Shown here one piece after another: positions 27,523-37,476 of a stretch of DNA of 64,000 nt. The notes beneath the pieces are model-generated. The model saw only the letters and a list, made by a program, of their open reading frames with translations. It did no database searches and had not been told where the DNA came from. Each line of letters starts with the position of its first letter. The stretch's first letter is position 1. Made by a program: the position numbers and the translations under genes. The stretch covers positions 384,001-448,000 of the forward strand of contig CBDCSU010000004.1 in NCBI GenBank assembly GCA_965221775.1. The letters run 5' to 3'. The DNA is from Candidatus Latescibacterota bacterium (GTDB lineage: Bacteria > Latescibacterota > UBA2968 > UBA8231).

Positions 27523-28611
27523 TCAGCGGAACAGGAAGGTGATCACCTCGCCGTCCCCGACCACGTGGTCCCGGCCCTCGGAACGCAGCCTCCCCGTGTC
27601 CCGCAGCCGCGCCGCGTCCCCGTCCACCGACAGCACGTCGGCGACGGTGGTCACCTCGGCGCGGATGAACCCGGCCTCCATGTCGGAGTGGATGCGGCCG
27701 GCGGCGGCGGCCGCCTTCGTGCCCGACGGCACCTGCCAGGCCTGCAGCTTGTCGTTGGCCAGGGTGTAGAAGGTGATCAGCCCGAGCAGATCGCGCGCTT
27801 CCCTCAGGAGGCGGTCGACACCACTCTCCCGCATACCCAGGGTGGCGATGAACTCCTCCCGCTCCTCCTCCCCCAGTTGGGCGAGCTCGGCCTCGATGCC
27901 GGCGGAGATCCCCAGGACCGACCGCGGTCCGTAACGGTCGCGGAGGGCGCTGGCGGAGCGGGCCTCCACCCCGTCCTCTTCCGACACGTTGGCCACGACG
28001 AGCACCGGCTTGCCGGTGAGGAAGTCGTATCCTCGGAGGGCCGCCAGGTGCTCCGGTGAGAGATGGCCCTGTCGAAGTGGAACTCCCTCCGACAGGATCC
28101 CATGGGCCGCCCCCAGGGCGGCCAGCTCCGTCTGCCGGCCGGACTTCGGATCGGACCGCACCACCTTGTCGAGCTGGGGCAGATTGCCCTCGGCCACCTC
28201 CAGGTCAGCCAGGATCAGCTCGGTGTCCACCGTGTCGGCGTCCCTCGGCGGGTCGAGGTCCCCCTCCACGTGGGAGACCGTCTCCGCCTCGAAGCAGCGC
28301 ACCACGTGAAGCAGGGCGTCGGTCTGGCGCACGTCGGCGAGGAACTGGTTGCCCCTCCCCTCTCCGCGGCTGGCGCCGCGCACCAGACCCGCGATGTCGG
28401 TGATCCGGATGGCCGCCGGGGTGCAGCTGGCCGGCTGCAGCGCCCCTTCGAGCCGGCGCAGGCGCCCATCGGGAACGTCGACGACGGCCACGTTCGGCTC
28501 GATGGTGCAGAAGGGATAGCTGGAGGCCGCCGCCGACCCCCGGCTCAGGGCGTTGAACAGGGTCGACTTGCCTGCGTTGGGCAGACCGACGATCCCGACG
28601 GAGAGGCTCAT
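27523..28611 (-). CDS. ychF: redox-regulated ATPase YchF
   Basis: [48 protein letters not shown]...GFIRAE. Confidence 0.96.
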   Translation of the reverse strand: MSLSVGIVGLPNAGKSTLFNALSRGSAAASSYPFCTIEPNVAVVDVPDGRLRRLEGALQPASCTPAAIRITDIAGLVRGASRGEGRGNQFLADVRQTDALLHVVRCFEAETVSHVEGDLDPPRDADTVDTELILADLEVAEGNLPQLDKVVRSDPKSGRQTELAALGAAHGILSEGVPLRQGHLSPEHLAALRGYDFLTGKPVLVVANVSEEDGVEARSASALRDRYGPRSVLGISAGIEAELAQLGEEEREEFIATLGMRESGVDRLLREARDLLGLITFYTLANDKLQAWQVPSGTKAAAAAGRIHSDMEAGFIRAEVTTVADVLSVDGDAARLRDTGRLRSEGRDHVVGDGEVITFLFR

Positions 28612-30299
28612 CCGCCCTCCTCCGCCGGCAGCAGACCCGGGCGGACCATCAAGGTCTTCTCCCGCCTCACCGAGGCCAGACCCGGCGGGCCACCCCTGGG
28701 CTTGGAGACGTACTTGGCGAGGGTGTAGATGACGGGCACCTTGCCGGCCGTGCGGCCCTTGCTCCACCAGGCGGCCACCGCCGCCGCCTCTTCGAGGGTC
28801 TTCCGCGACGGCTCGTCCTTGCGTCCCTCGCGGCGCAGGATCACGTGGGAGCCGGAGTAGCCCCGGGCGTGGAACCAGAAGTCGTTCTGGGCCGCCATGC
28901 GATGGGAGAGCCGGTCGTTCTCCTGGTTGTTCCGTCCGGCCCACACCGACCAGCCCGAGGAGGTGCGGTAGCGGCGCGGATGGGCGGGCGAGTCCTGTCG
29001 ACCGTCCGCAGCCGCCCGGCCGTCCCTGTTCAGACCCAGGTTCTCCTCCCAGCGCTCCATCTCCTTCTCCGGCAACTGGTTGTCCCTGTTCTTCTCAAGC
29101 TTCTTCAGAAGGAGGCGGGTCTCCTCCAACTGCTCCTCCACCCGCTCCAGGCGCGGCGGCAGCACCTCCAGCCTGCGGCGCAGGCGCCGGGCCCGCTTGA
29201 GCATGCGGCCGGCCTGGCCCGCCGCCGACCGCCCCGGCTCCAGCTCGACGACGATGGCCGCCGCCTCCGGGTCGTGCACGTCGGTCACCTCCAGACGGCC
29301 CGGCCCCCTGGCGCCCGGGTCGCCGGCGGCCATCAGGGAGTGGGCGGCCCTCTCCAGGTGGTCCACTTGGCGGGCCTCCTCGAGGTCGGAGTTCAGCGCC
29401 GCCCTGCGGCGCTCGAGCCGGCCGGCGGCCCGGCTCAGCCGGGAGCGCTGGCCGGCGCCGGCAGAAGGGGCGGCCTCGGCCAGGGGCGCCCGAAGGGCGT
29501 CGCTCACGGAGCCGAAGACCTGCACCTCGGCCGCGGCAACCGGCTCCAACAGGGAGACCCGCACCCATCCCCCGCCCGCGGGCCACCGGAACACCTGGAG
29601 GTGGCAGCCGCCGTGCAGCCGCCGGCCCGCCTCGTGCAGTCTCTCGGCCACGGCCGGTCCGCAATCGCTCAGCGGCCGGGTCGGGTCGGCGCCGGCCTCG
29701 GCGCACCATCGGGCGATGACGTGACGGTCCAGGCCGGCCAGCGACCGGCGCATCGCCTCCTCCAGGGTTCCCTCCCCCGCGAGCACCGCCTCCCAGTCCG
29801 CCCTCTCGATGGCGGCGGGATCGAGACGGCCGGAGAGGCCGGGAGACCGATAGGAGTCGCCCGTGCGCGGCGCCCGCCGGTCGCCCCCGGCGGACCAGGT
29901 CCCGAGGATCCGGCCGTGGCGCTCCCCCACGAGGCAGAGCCGGTACCGGGGCGGGACCAGCACGATGTGGAGGACGCCGTACGTCGGATCCCCGGCGGCG
30001 TCTTTGCGCTGCAGGCGAACCTGCAGGACGCGGTCGCCCTCGGCGCAGGAAACCGCCTCCACGCGGGCCCCGAGGAGGTAGCGCAGGGAGCGGTCTCCCC
30101 GCTCCGGACGCTCCGGCGACGGACCCAGAGCGAGACCGCCCGGGGGGCCGAAACGGACCTGCAGCGAGTGCTCCGAGGCCCCCTGCGCCTCGAGGGACAT
30201 CCCCTCGGCGTCGGCGGCGGCCTGCCGCAGGCGGAGGCCGCTCCAGGCGGCGCCCAGTTCCTCGGAGAGCAACTCGAGCGTGATCCGGTCGAGGAGCAT
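28608..30299 (-). CDS. rqcH: RqcH / NFACT (FbpA-like) ribosome quality control factor
   Basis: NFACT-N with GDRVL motif, coiled-coil middle, NFACT-R with GRNN.END.L, DFWFHA....GSHVIL, AA.WSK, YT.AKYV.KP. Confidence 0.85.
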   Translation of the reverse strand: MLLDRITLELLSEELGAAWSGLRLRQAAADAEGMSLEAQGASEHSLQVRFGPPGGLALGPSPERPERGDRSLRYLLGARVEAVSCAEGDRVLQVRLQRKDAAGDPTYGVLHIVLVPPRYRLCLVGERHGRILGTWSAGGDRRAPRTGDSYRSPGLSGRLDPAAIERADWEAVLAGEGTLEEAMRRSLAGLDRHVIARWCAEAGADPTRPLSDCGPAVAERLHEAGRRLHGGCHLQVFRWPAGGGWVRVSLLEPVAAAEVQVFGSVSDALRAPLAEAAPSAGAGQRSRLSRAAGRLERRRAALNSDLEEARQVDHLERAAHSLMAAGDPGARGPGRLEVTDVHDPEAAAIVVELEPGRSAAGQAGRMLKRARRLRRRLEVLPPRLERVEEQLEETRLLLKKLEKNRDNQLPEKEMERWEENLGLNRDGRAAADGRQDSPAHPRRYRTSSGWSVWAGRNNQENDRLSHRMAAQNDFWFHARGYSGSHVILRREGRKDEPSRKTLEEAAAVAAWWSKGRTAGKVPVIYTLAKYVSKPRGGPPGLASVRREKTLMVRPGLLPAEEGG

Positions 30300-30343
30300 G
30301 GGTCAGTCGATCCTGAGGCGCGGCCGGAGCCGGGGCCGCTGCT

Positions 30344-33118
30344 TCAGTTGGCGAGCATCTCCAGGCTCGAGGACAGCCTGGCGAGGCTGGCGCGGCACTC
30401 CCCCTGGCGCAGGCGCTCCTTCTCGACCACCGCCGCCGGCGCCTTGGCCAGGAAGGCCTCGTTGCCGAGCTTCCGCTCCAGGCCAAGCAGCAGGCCCTGC
30501 AGCTTGTCGATCTCCTTGCGCAGCCGGCGTGTCTCGGCATCGACGTCGATCACCCCCTCGAGGGGGATGAAGAGCTCCACCTCCCCCACCACGGCACTGC
30601 CGGAAGAGGGCGGCTGCGGCAGGCCGACGCCCACCTCGACCGACTCCGCCCCGACCAAGGCCTGCAGGTAGGCCCGCCGGCGATCGAGGGTGGAGGCGGT
30701 CTCCGGGCCGGCGGTGGAGATCACGAGGGCCACCTTGCGCCCCCGGGGCACGTTGAGCTCGCTGCGGATCGTGCGCGCCGCCGAGATCACCTCCTGCAGA
30801 AAGGCCATCTCCCGCTCGGCGTCGTCGTCCAGGTCCCCCTCCTCGGCCACCGGCCAGGAGGCGATCATCAGGCTCTCGGCCTTGTCGTCCACCGGCAGTT
30901 GCTGCCACAGCTCCTCGGTGACGAAGGGCATGATCGGGTGCATCAGGCGCAGCGCCTGCTCGAGGACGGAGACCAGCACGCCCCGCACCTGGTCCCGTTC
31001 GGCCGGCGACCCGGCCAGGAGACGGGGCTTGGCCAGCTCGATGTACCAGTCGCAGTAGTCCCGCCAGAGGAAGTCGTGGAGCGCCCGGGTGGCCTCGCCG
31101 AAGCGGCACCCCTCCTGGGCCTGATCGACGAGCTGCACCGTGCGCGCCAGCCGGCTGCGGATCCAGCGGTCGGCGAGATCCTCGGGAGGAGCGGCGGAGG
31201 ACGGCGCCGCCTGGCCGTCGAGGTTCATCAGCACGTAGCGCGCGGAGTTCCACAGCTTGTTGCAGAACCGCCGCCCCGACTCGGCGCTGAGACTCTCCTT
31301 GACCTCGTTGTCGGCCACGTCGGCGTCGAAGCGCATGTCCTGGGTGGAGCCGCACTGGGCCAGCAGGCTCCAGCGGGTGGCGTCGGCGCCGTAGAGGCGC
31401 ACCAGGTCGAGGGGGTTCAGGCCGGTGCCGAGACTCTTGCTCATCCGGCGACCGTCGCGGGTGAACACCGTGGGGTGCACGAGGACCTTGCGGAAGGGGA
31501 TCTCGTCGACGAACTCCAGCGCCGTCATCACCATCCGCAGGACCCACAAGTAGAGGATCTGGCGGTCGGTGATCATGAGATCGGTGGGGTGGAAGTACTC
31601 CAGGTCCTCGGTCGAGTCGGGCCAACCCAGGGTGGCGAAGGGCCACAGGGCCGAGGAGAACCACGTGTCGAGCACGTCGGGGTCCTGCACGATGCGGCGG
31701 CCGCCGCACTCCGGGCAGGCCTCCGGCGCCTCGACGCCGACCAGCGGCCGGGCGCCGCCCTCCACCGAGACGCGGAAGGCGCCGGCAGCCAGGGCCTCGT
31801 CCCGCCCGTACCCGCTCACCGGCTCCAGGCCATCGCCCGAGCAATCGGCGCAGTACCAGGCCGGGATCCTGTGGCCCCACCAGATCTGCCGCGACAAGGC
31901 CCAGTCGCGGATGGTGTCCAGCCACTCCAGGGCATAGCTCCGGTAGCGGTCGGGCACGTAGGCGACCTGCGCCGCCGCCCTGCCGTCGAGGTGGGGGCGA
32001 ACCCTTTCGGCCAGGGGCTTCATGTCCATGAACCACTGCTCCATGGGCAGCGGCTCGATCGCCGTCCCGCACTTGTCATGGTGGGGCACGGCGTGCTCGT
32101 AGTCCTCCGTGGTCACCAGCAGGCCCGCCGACTCCAGGGCGGCCACCACGTTCTTGCGGCACTCGTACCGGTCCTGGCCGGCGTAGGGACCCGCCCGTGA
32201 GGTCATCACCGCGTCGAAGTCGATGACGGGGATCTGCTCCAGTCCGTGGCGGGCGCCGATCTCGTAGTCGTTCGGGTCGTGGGCCGGCGTCACCTTCACC
32301 GCCCCCGAGCCCATCTCCGGGTCCGCATGGTCGTCGGCCACGATGGGGATCGGCCGGTCCATGAGGGGCAGCATCACCTGCCCCCCGACGGCGGCCTTCC
32401 AGCGCTCGTCGCCGGGATGGACGGCGACGCCCGTGTCCCCGAGCATGGTCTCGGGGCGGGTGGTGGCCACAACCACGTCGGGGCCGCCGTCGAGGCCGGG
32501 ATAGCGGATGTGCCAGAGCCGCCCCTGGGTCAGGATCTCCTCGGTCTCCAGGTCGGAGATGACGCTGCCGCACCTGGGACACCAGTTGATCATCCGGGTG
32601 CCGCGGTAGATCCAGCCCTTCTCGTGAAACCTCTGAAAAGCCTTGAGGACGGCGGCGATGTAGCCGTCGTCCAGGGTGAAGCGGCTGCGCTCCCAGTCGT
32701 AGCTGCAGCCCAGCTTGCGCATCTGGTCGTAGATCGCTTCACCGTAGGTCTCGCGCCAGGCCCGGATGCGCTCCACCAGGCCCTCCCGCCCGAGGTCGTG
32801 GCGGGTACGGCCCTCCTCCTGGTGCAGCTGCTCCTCCACCTTCATCTGCGTGGCGATCCCGGCGTGGTCGGTGCCCGGCAGCACCAGCGCCTCGTACCCC
32901 TGCATGCGCTTGCGGCGGATGACGTTGTCGTGGATCGCGTGCTGCACGGCGTGGCCCATGTGCAGCTCGCCGGTGACGTTCGGCGGCGGGATGGTGATGC
33001 ACCAGGGGGTGCGGTCCGGGTTCGGACGGGCGCGGAACCAGCCCGCCGACTCCCAGCGCCCGTACCAGCTCCGCTCGCAGCGCTCGGGGTCGTATCGCTT
33101 GGGCAGTTCGCCGGTCAT
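30344..33118 (-). CDS. valS: valine--tRNA ligase
   Basis: PPPNVTG.LHMGH, GTDHAGIATQ, ATTRPET, VKVTPAHD, SRQIWWGHRIP, DVLDTWFSSALWPF, RMSKS, C-terminal coiled coil. Confidence 0.97.
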   Translation of the reverse strand: MTGELPKRYDPERCERSWYGRWESAGWFRARPNPDRTPWCITIPPPNVTGELHMGHAVQHAIHDNVIRRKRMQGYEALVLPGTDHAGIATQMKVEEQLHQEEGRTRHDLGREGLVERIRAWRETYGEAIYDQMRKLGCSYDWERSRFTLDDGYIAAVLKAFQRFHEKGWIYRGTRMINWCPRCGSVISDLETEEILTQGRLWHIRYPGLDGGPDVVVATTRPETMLGDTGVAVHPGDERWKAAVGGQVMLPLMDRPIPIVADDHADPEMGSGAVKVTPAHDPNDYEIGARHGLEQIPVIDFDAVMTSRAGPYAGQDRYECRKNVVAALESAGLLVTTEDYEHAVPHHDKCGTAIEPLPMEQWFMDMKPLAERVRPHLDGRAAAQVAYVPDRYRSYALEWLDTIRDWALSRQIWWGHRIPAWYCADCSGDGLEPVSGYGRDEALAAGAFRVSVEGGARPLVGVEAPEACPECGGRRIVQDPDVLDTWFSSALWPFATLGWPDSTEDLEYFHPTDLMITDRQILYLWVLRMVMTALEFVDEIPFRKVLVHPTVFTRDGRRMSKSLGTGLNPLDLVRLYGADATRWSLLAQCGSTQDMRFDADVADNEVKESLSAESGRRFCNKLWNSARYVLMNLDGQAAPSSAAPPEDLADRWIRSRLARTVQLVDQAQEGCRFGEATRALHDFLWRDYCDWYIELAKPRLLAGSPAERDQVRGVLVSVLEQALRLMHPIMPFVTEELWQQLPVDDKAESLMIASWPVAEEGDLDDDAEREMAFLQEVISAARTIRSELNVPRGRKVALVISTAGPETASTLDRRRAYLQALVGAESVEVGVGLPQPPSSGSAVVGEVELFIPLEGVIDVDAETRRLRKEIDKLQGLLLGLERKLGNEAFLAKAPAAVVEKERLRQGECRASLARLSSSLEMLAN

Positions 33119-33175
33119 TCGATCTCGGAGGATGACTTCGTTGAATGCTGTAACCGCGTGTCGGATAAGCAGTTC

Positions 33176-33204
33176 AATATAGGAGGGAAGGGTGCTTCAG
33201 ACAA
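33176..33204 (-). promoter_or_regulatory. putative sigma70 promoter of valS
   Basis: Minus strand TTGTCT (33204-33199) -17 bp- TATATT (33181-33176). Confidence 0.5.
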
Positions 33205-33241
33205 TCCTCCGGAGCCCTGGAGAGGGCTTCCGGACCCGGCT

Positions 33242-33270
33242 TTGCGGACCCCGAGAGGGGCTTCTATACT
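33242..33270 (+). promoter_or_regulatory. putative sigma70 promoter of the murQ cluster (divergent from valS)
   Basis: TTGCGG (33242-33247) -17 bp- TATACT (33265-33270). Confidence 0.5.
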
Positions 33271-33327
33271 TGCCCCGCCGATGCCGTGTCTCCCGGCCCT
33301 TCCCAGCAGAGTCGAAGCCGAGAACGG

Positions 33328-34236
33328 ATGACGGACTGGTCTTCCCTGTCGACGGAACAGCGCAATCCGGCCAGCGCGGAAATCGACGAGTTGGGAAGCC
33401 TCGACCTCGTACGTCTGATCAACCAGGAGGACTCGCACGTGCCTGCGGCGGTCGGCCGGGTGGCGCCCGAGCTGGCGGCGGCCGTCGACCGGGTGGTCGA
33501 GGCGGTCCGGGCCGGGGGCCGCCTGCTCTACGCCGGCGCCGGGACCAGCGGGCGGCTGGGGATCCTCGACGCCTCGGAATGTCCGCCCACGTTCGGCACC
33601 GACCCCGACCTGGTGCAGGGCCTGATCGCAGGGGGCGAGGGCGCCGTGTTCCGCGCCGTGGAGGGGGCCGAGGACAACCCTCGGGGCGCCGTGCCGGACC
33701 TCGAGGCCCGCGGCCTGCGCCCGCCGGACATCGTCGCCGGCATCGCCGCCAGCGGCGTCACCCCCTGGGTCCTGGGCGCCCTGGACCACGCCCGTTCCCT
33801 GGGTTGCAGGACGATCCTGGTCTCGTGCAGCCCATCGGCCGCCGCCGCGGTGGAGGCGGACGTGAAGATCGTGCCCGAAGTCGGCCCCGAGGTCGTCACC
33901 GGGTCCACCCGCCTCAAGGCGGGCACGGCGACCAAGCTGGTCCTCAACACCTTGACCACCGCGGCCATGGTCCGTCTGGGCAAGACCTTCGGCAACCTCA
34001 TGGTCGATCTGCGGCCGACGAACGCGAAGTTGCGGGACCGCAGCTGCCGGATCCTGGCGGCCCTGACGGGGATCGACCCGCCGGCGGCTCACCGCCAGTT
34101 GGAGACCACCGGCTGGGACCTGAAGCTGGCCCTGGTGATGGAGACCTGCGGAGTCGACGCCGCCCGGGCCCGCGGGCTGCTCGAGGCCAGCGGCGGGCAC
34201 GTGAAAGGCGCCGTCGCCGGCGCCGGAGGCCGATGA
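33328..34236 (+). CDS. murQ: N-acetylmuramic acid 6-phosphate etherase
   Basis: TEQRNP, GAGTSGRLGILDASECPPTFG, EGAED, GPEVVTGSTRLKAGTATK, NLMVD. Confidence 0.96.
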   Translation: MTDWSSLSTEQRNPASAEIDELGSLDLVRLINQEDSHVPAAVGRVAPELAAAVDRVVEAVRAGGRLLYAGAGTSGRLGILDASECPPTFGTDPDLVQGLIAGGEGAVFRAVEGAEDNPRGAVPDLEARGLRPPDIVAGIAASGVTPWVLGALDHARSLGCRTILVSCSPSAAAAVEADVKIVPEVGPEVVTGSTRLKAGTATKLVLNTLTTAAMVRLGKTFGNLMVDLRPTNAKLRDRSCRILAALTGIDPPAAHRQLETTGWDLKLALVMETCGVDAARARGLLEASGGHVKGAVAGAGGR

Positions 34237-35205
34237 ATGCAGACCCGCACCCTCGGCTCGACGGACCTGCGCGTCTCCGCCCTGGGCCTGGGCACGGTCG
34301 AGCTGGGTATCCCCTACGGGATCGGCAGACCGCCGCCCCCGGACGACCGCCTCTGCCTGCGGCTGCTGCACCGGGCGCGCGACCAGGGCGTGACCTACAT
34401 CGACACCGCCCCGGCCTACGGACGCAGCGAGGAACTCGTGGGCCGCGCTTTCCCCGGTGGCCGGGATGTCGTCGTGGCCACCAAGGTCTCCCTCCGGGAC
34501 GACTCCGGAGCCCTCCTGGCGCCGCAGCTTCTGTCCCGGGCCATCGGCGACTCCGTCGACCGCAGCCGCCGCAGACTCTCGGTGGAAACCCTCGACCTGC
34601 TGCAGGTCCACAACCTCGGCGAAGGCGAGCTGAGCGAGGCGTTGCTGGCGGCCATGGCCGCGCAGGTCGAGGCGGGACGCGTGCGCCACTGGGGTGTGTC
34701 CACCTACGGCCGGCTGGCGCCCCGGGAAGCGCTGCGTCACAGACGGTCCATCGACGCGCTGCAGGTGGCCTACAGCATCCTCGACCGCACCCTCGAGGAG
34801 GAGATCCTGCCCCGCTGCCGCGAACAGGACGTGGGCCTCGTGGTGCGCTCCGTCTTCCTGCAGGGCGTGCTCTCGGCGCGGCGGCGCGACCTCGGCCCCC
34901 GCCTGGAGCCGCTGCGGAGGGCCGCCGACGCCGCGGGCCGGGTCGCCGACGGCCTCGGGATCGGCCTGCCCGGTCTCGCCTTGCGCTTCGCCTTGCACGA
35001 GTCCCGCGCCCACGTGACGCTCGTCGGCACGGCTCACCCGGATGAGCTCGACGCCAACCTGCGCGCCCTCGAGGCAGGCCCTCTCCCCTCCGACACGGTG
35101 GCCCAGCTGCGCCGGATTCACGTCGAGGACGAGAGTCTGCTCAACCCTGGAACCTGGAACCCCCTCCCGGAAGGCCCGAACCAATGCCGGATACATCCCC
35201 GTTGA
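34237..35205 (+). CDS. aldo/keto reductase
   Basis: LGLGT, IDTAPAYG.SE, VATK, LDLLQVH, WGVS.Y. Confidence 0.92.
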   Translation: MQTRTLGSTDLRVSALGLGTVELGIPYGIGRPPPPDDRLCLRLLHRARDQGVTYIDTAPAYGRSEELVGRAFPGGRDVVVATKVSLRDDSGALLAPQLLSRAIGDSVDRSRRRLSVETLDLLQVHNLGEGELSEALLAAMAAQVEAGRVRHWGVSTYGRLAPREALRHRRSIDALQVAYSILDRTLEEEILPRCREQDVGLVVRSVFLQGVLSARRRDLGPRLEPLRRAADAAGRVADGLGIGLPGLALRFALHESRAHVTLVGTAHPDELDANLRALEAGPLPSDTVAQLRRIHVEDESLLNPGTWNPLPEGPNQCRIHPR

Positions 35206-36287
35206 TCGGTGTGGCGGTGGACGAGCTCGATACGCCCGCCCTGCTCGTAGACCTGGACCGCTTCGAAGCCAACGTCGCCCACCTGGCCGGGTACTGCCGG
35301 GACCACGGTGTCGCCTGGCGCCCCCACAGCAAGTGCCACAAGAGCCCGGAGATCGCCGCCATCGAGCGCGCCGCCGGCGCCGTCGGGGTCACCTGCGCCA
35401 AGCTCAGCGAGGCCCAGATCATGGTCGACCACGGGATCGACGACGTCCTGCTGGCCAACCAGGTGATCTCCCATTCCAAGCTGCGCAGGCTCTCCCGGCT
35501 CCAGGAACGGGCCCGGGTGATCGGCATCGTCGACGCCGAGGAGGCGGTGCGCGCCGCCTCGGCTGCCGGCGTCGAGGCGGGCCTGCCGATTCCGCTGCTC
35601 GTCGACGTCGACATCGGCATGCACCGCACCGGCGTCCCCCCGGAGGCGGTGCTGCCCCTGGCGCGCAGCATCGCCGAGGCGCCCGGCACCCGGCTCCTCG
35701 GCGTAATGGGCTACGAGGGCCACGTCCTCAGTGAGCATCCCCCCGAGGTCAAGGAACGGGCCTGTCACGAGGCCCTCGCCCATCTCGGGCGGGCCCGGGA
35801 CGGGCTTCTGGCCGACGGCCTCCCCTGTGAGATCGTCTCGGCGGGAGGCACCGGGTCGTACGCCCTCACCGCCGCCTGGGAAGGGGTCACGGAGATCCAG
35901 GCCGGAGGCGGGATCTTCATGGACGCCATGTACCGCGAGAAGTGTCACGTCGGCGAGGAGCTCGGTTACGCCCTGACCGTGCTGGCCGGCGTGACCGGCC
36001 GCCACGACGGCCACATCGTCCTCGACTCGGGGTTCAAGACCCTGTCGGCCTTCCATTACCCGCCCCGGGCCCTGGGCCGCGACGACCTCGAGTTCCGCTA
36101 CCTCTCCGCCGAGCACGGCGTCTTCGACATCCGCCCGGGCCATGCCGGCCCCGCCCTCGGAGAGCGCATCCACCTGCTTCCCGGGTACGGCGACTCGACG
36201 ACCGTCCTCCACGACGCCTTTCTCGGGGTTCGCCAGGGGCGCGTCGAGTGCCAGTGGGACATCCTCGGCCGGGGAGCCCTGACCTGA
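35184..36287 (+). CDS. DSD1-family fold-type III PLP enzyme (D-threonine aldolase / D-serine dehydratase-like)
   Basis: LDTPALLVD, RPH.K.HK, AKL.EA, DIG.HR.GV, YEGH, GGTG, EIQAG, SAEHG. Confidence 0.9.
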   Translation: MPDTSPLIGVAVDELDTPALLVDLDRFEANVAHLAGYCRDHGVAWRPHSKCHKSPEIAAIERAAGAVGVTCAKLSEAQIMVDHGIDDVLLANQVISHSKLRRLSRLQERARVIGIVDAEEAVRAASAAGVEAGLPIPLLVDVDIGMHRTGVPPEAVLPLARSIAEAPGTRLLGVMGYEGHVLSEHPPEVKERACHEALAHLGRARDGLLADGLPCEIVSAGGTGSYALTAAWEGVTEIQAGGGIFMDAMYREKCHVGEELGYALTVLAGVTGRHDGHIVLDSGFKTLSAFHYPPRALGRDDLEFRYLSAEHGVFDIRPGHAGPALGERIHLLPGYGDSTTVLHDAFLGVRQGRVECQWDILGRGALT

Positions 36288-36294
36288 CGGCCTC

Positions 36295-37476
36295 GTGAAC
36301 CTGCTCCTGGTCTCGGTCGACAGCCTGCGCCTCGATCACGCGGCGAGGGCCTCCGGGGCCCGGGTGCGGACGCCGCGCTTCGACGCGCTCACACGCGGCT
36401 TCGCCTTCACCGAGTCCTGCTTCTCCGTCTCCTCCGCCACCCGTCCCGTCCACGCCACCCTGGTGACGGGCCTCTACCCCTTCGAGCACGGAGTGCAGGG
36501 CCAGCACGACCAGCGCCTGCGCCCGGGCGCACCCCGGCTCTTCTCCCGCCTCCGGGAGGCCGGCTGCCGCGTCGGCTTGTTCTCGGAGGCGGCCTCGATC
36601 TTCCACGGCCTCGATTTCGGCGCCCCCGTCCTGGACCTCGACCTGCGGCCGGGGGCCGGTCTCGCGCGCCTGCGCGCCTGGCTGGCGGAGTCGGCGGCCG
36701 CTTCGCGGCGCTGCCTCTTCGTCCACTACTGGAGCACCCACACCCCCTACGGGGCCGCCGACGGTCTGGCCATGGGAGAGACCCTGCGGCTCCTGCGCGG
36801 CGGACGGCTCGAGGTCGTCCGGGACCGCTACCGGGCGGCGGTGGAGAGCCTCTTCGAGGGAGGCATCGCGCCCCTCCTGGAGGAGATCGACCTCGGCGCC
36901 TGGTCGGTCGTGATCTTCGGCGACCACGGGGAGAGCTGGACCCCGGAGGAGCCGTACCACGGCAAGACCCTGCGCAACTCCGTCCTGAGGGTGCCCCTGT
37001 GGATGCACGTCCCCGGCGGCGGCGGCGGGATCGGGGCGGACGGGGAGGTGGTCAGTCTGATCGACTTGCACGAGACCGTGGGGGCCATCTGCGGACTGGA
37101 GGGGGCAGAGCCCGGCTTCGGGCGAGACCTGACCCACTCCTCCGGGGGGGGCCGGTACTGCCTGGCCGAGGTCCGTCCGGGGGGCGACGACGATGCGGCG
37201 CAAGGCCCGGAGCACTCGAAGACCGGCCTCCGCTGGTGCGTCCTGGACCACCGCCACAAACTCCTCGGCGGGGAGAATGGCTGGGAGCTGGTCGACACCT
37301 GGTCGGAGCTTCCGGCCTCCGGCGAGGCCGTATCCGACCTCGCCGAGTCCTACCGGAGGGCCAGGCTGGAGATGCGCCGGAGATCCAGGTGGGGCGAGAG
37401 CGCGGAGCCGGTCTCGGACGTGGACGGGGGCGCGGAACTGCGCCGAAGGCTCCGGGCCCTCGGCTACCTGGACTAG
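36295..37476 (+). CDS. sulfatase-like hydrolase/transferase (alkaline phosphatase superfamily)
   Basis: NLLLVSVDSLR.DH, TRPVH.TL.TGLYP..HGV, H....H.PY, GDHGE, HG, LRALGY tail. Confidence 0.85.
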   Translation: MNLLLVSVDSLRLDHAARASGARVRTPRFDALTRGFAFTESCFSVSSATRPVHATLVTGLYPFEHGVQGQHDQRLRPGAPRLFSRLREAGCRVGLFSEAASIFHGLDFGAPVLDLDLRPGAGLARLRAWLAESAAASRRCLFVHYWSTHTPYGAADGLAMGETLRLLRGGRLEVVRDRYRAAVESLFEGGIAPLLEEIDLGAWSVVIFGDHGESWTPEEPYHGKTLRNSVLRVPLWMHVPGGGGGIGADGEVVSLIDLHETVGAICGLEGAEPGFGRDLTHSSGGGRYCLAEVRPGGDDDAAQGPEHSKTGLRWCVLDHRHKLLGGENGWELVDTWSELPASGEAVSDLAESYRRARLEMRRRSRWGESAEPVSDVDGGAELRRRLRALGYLD

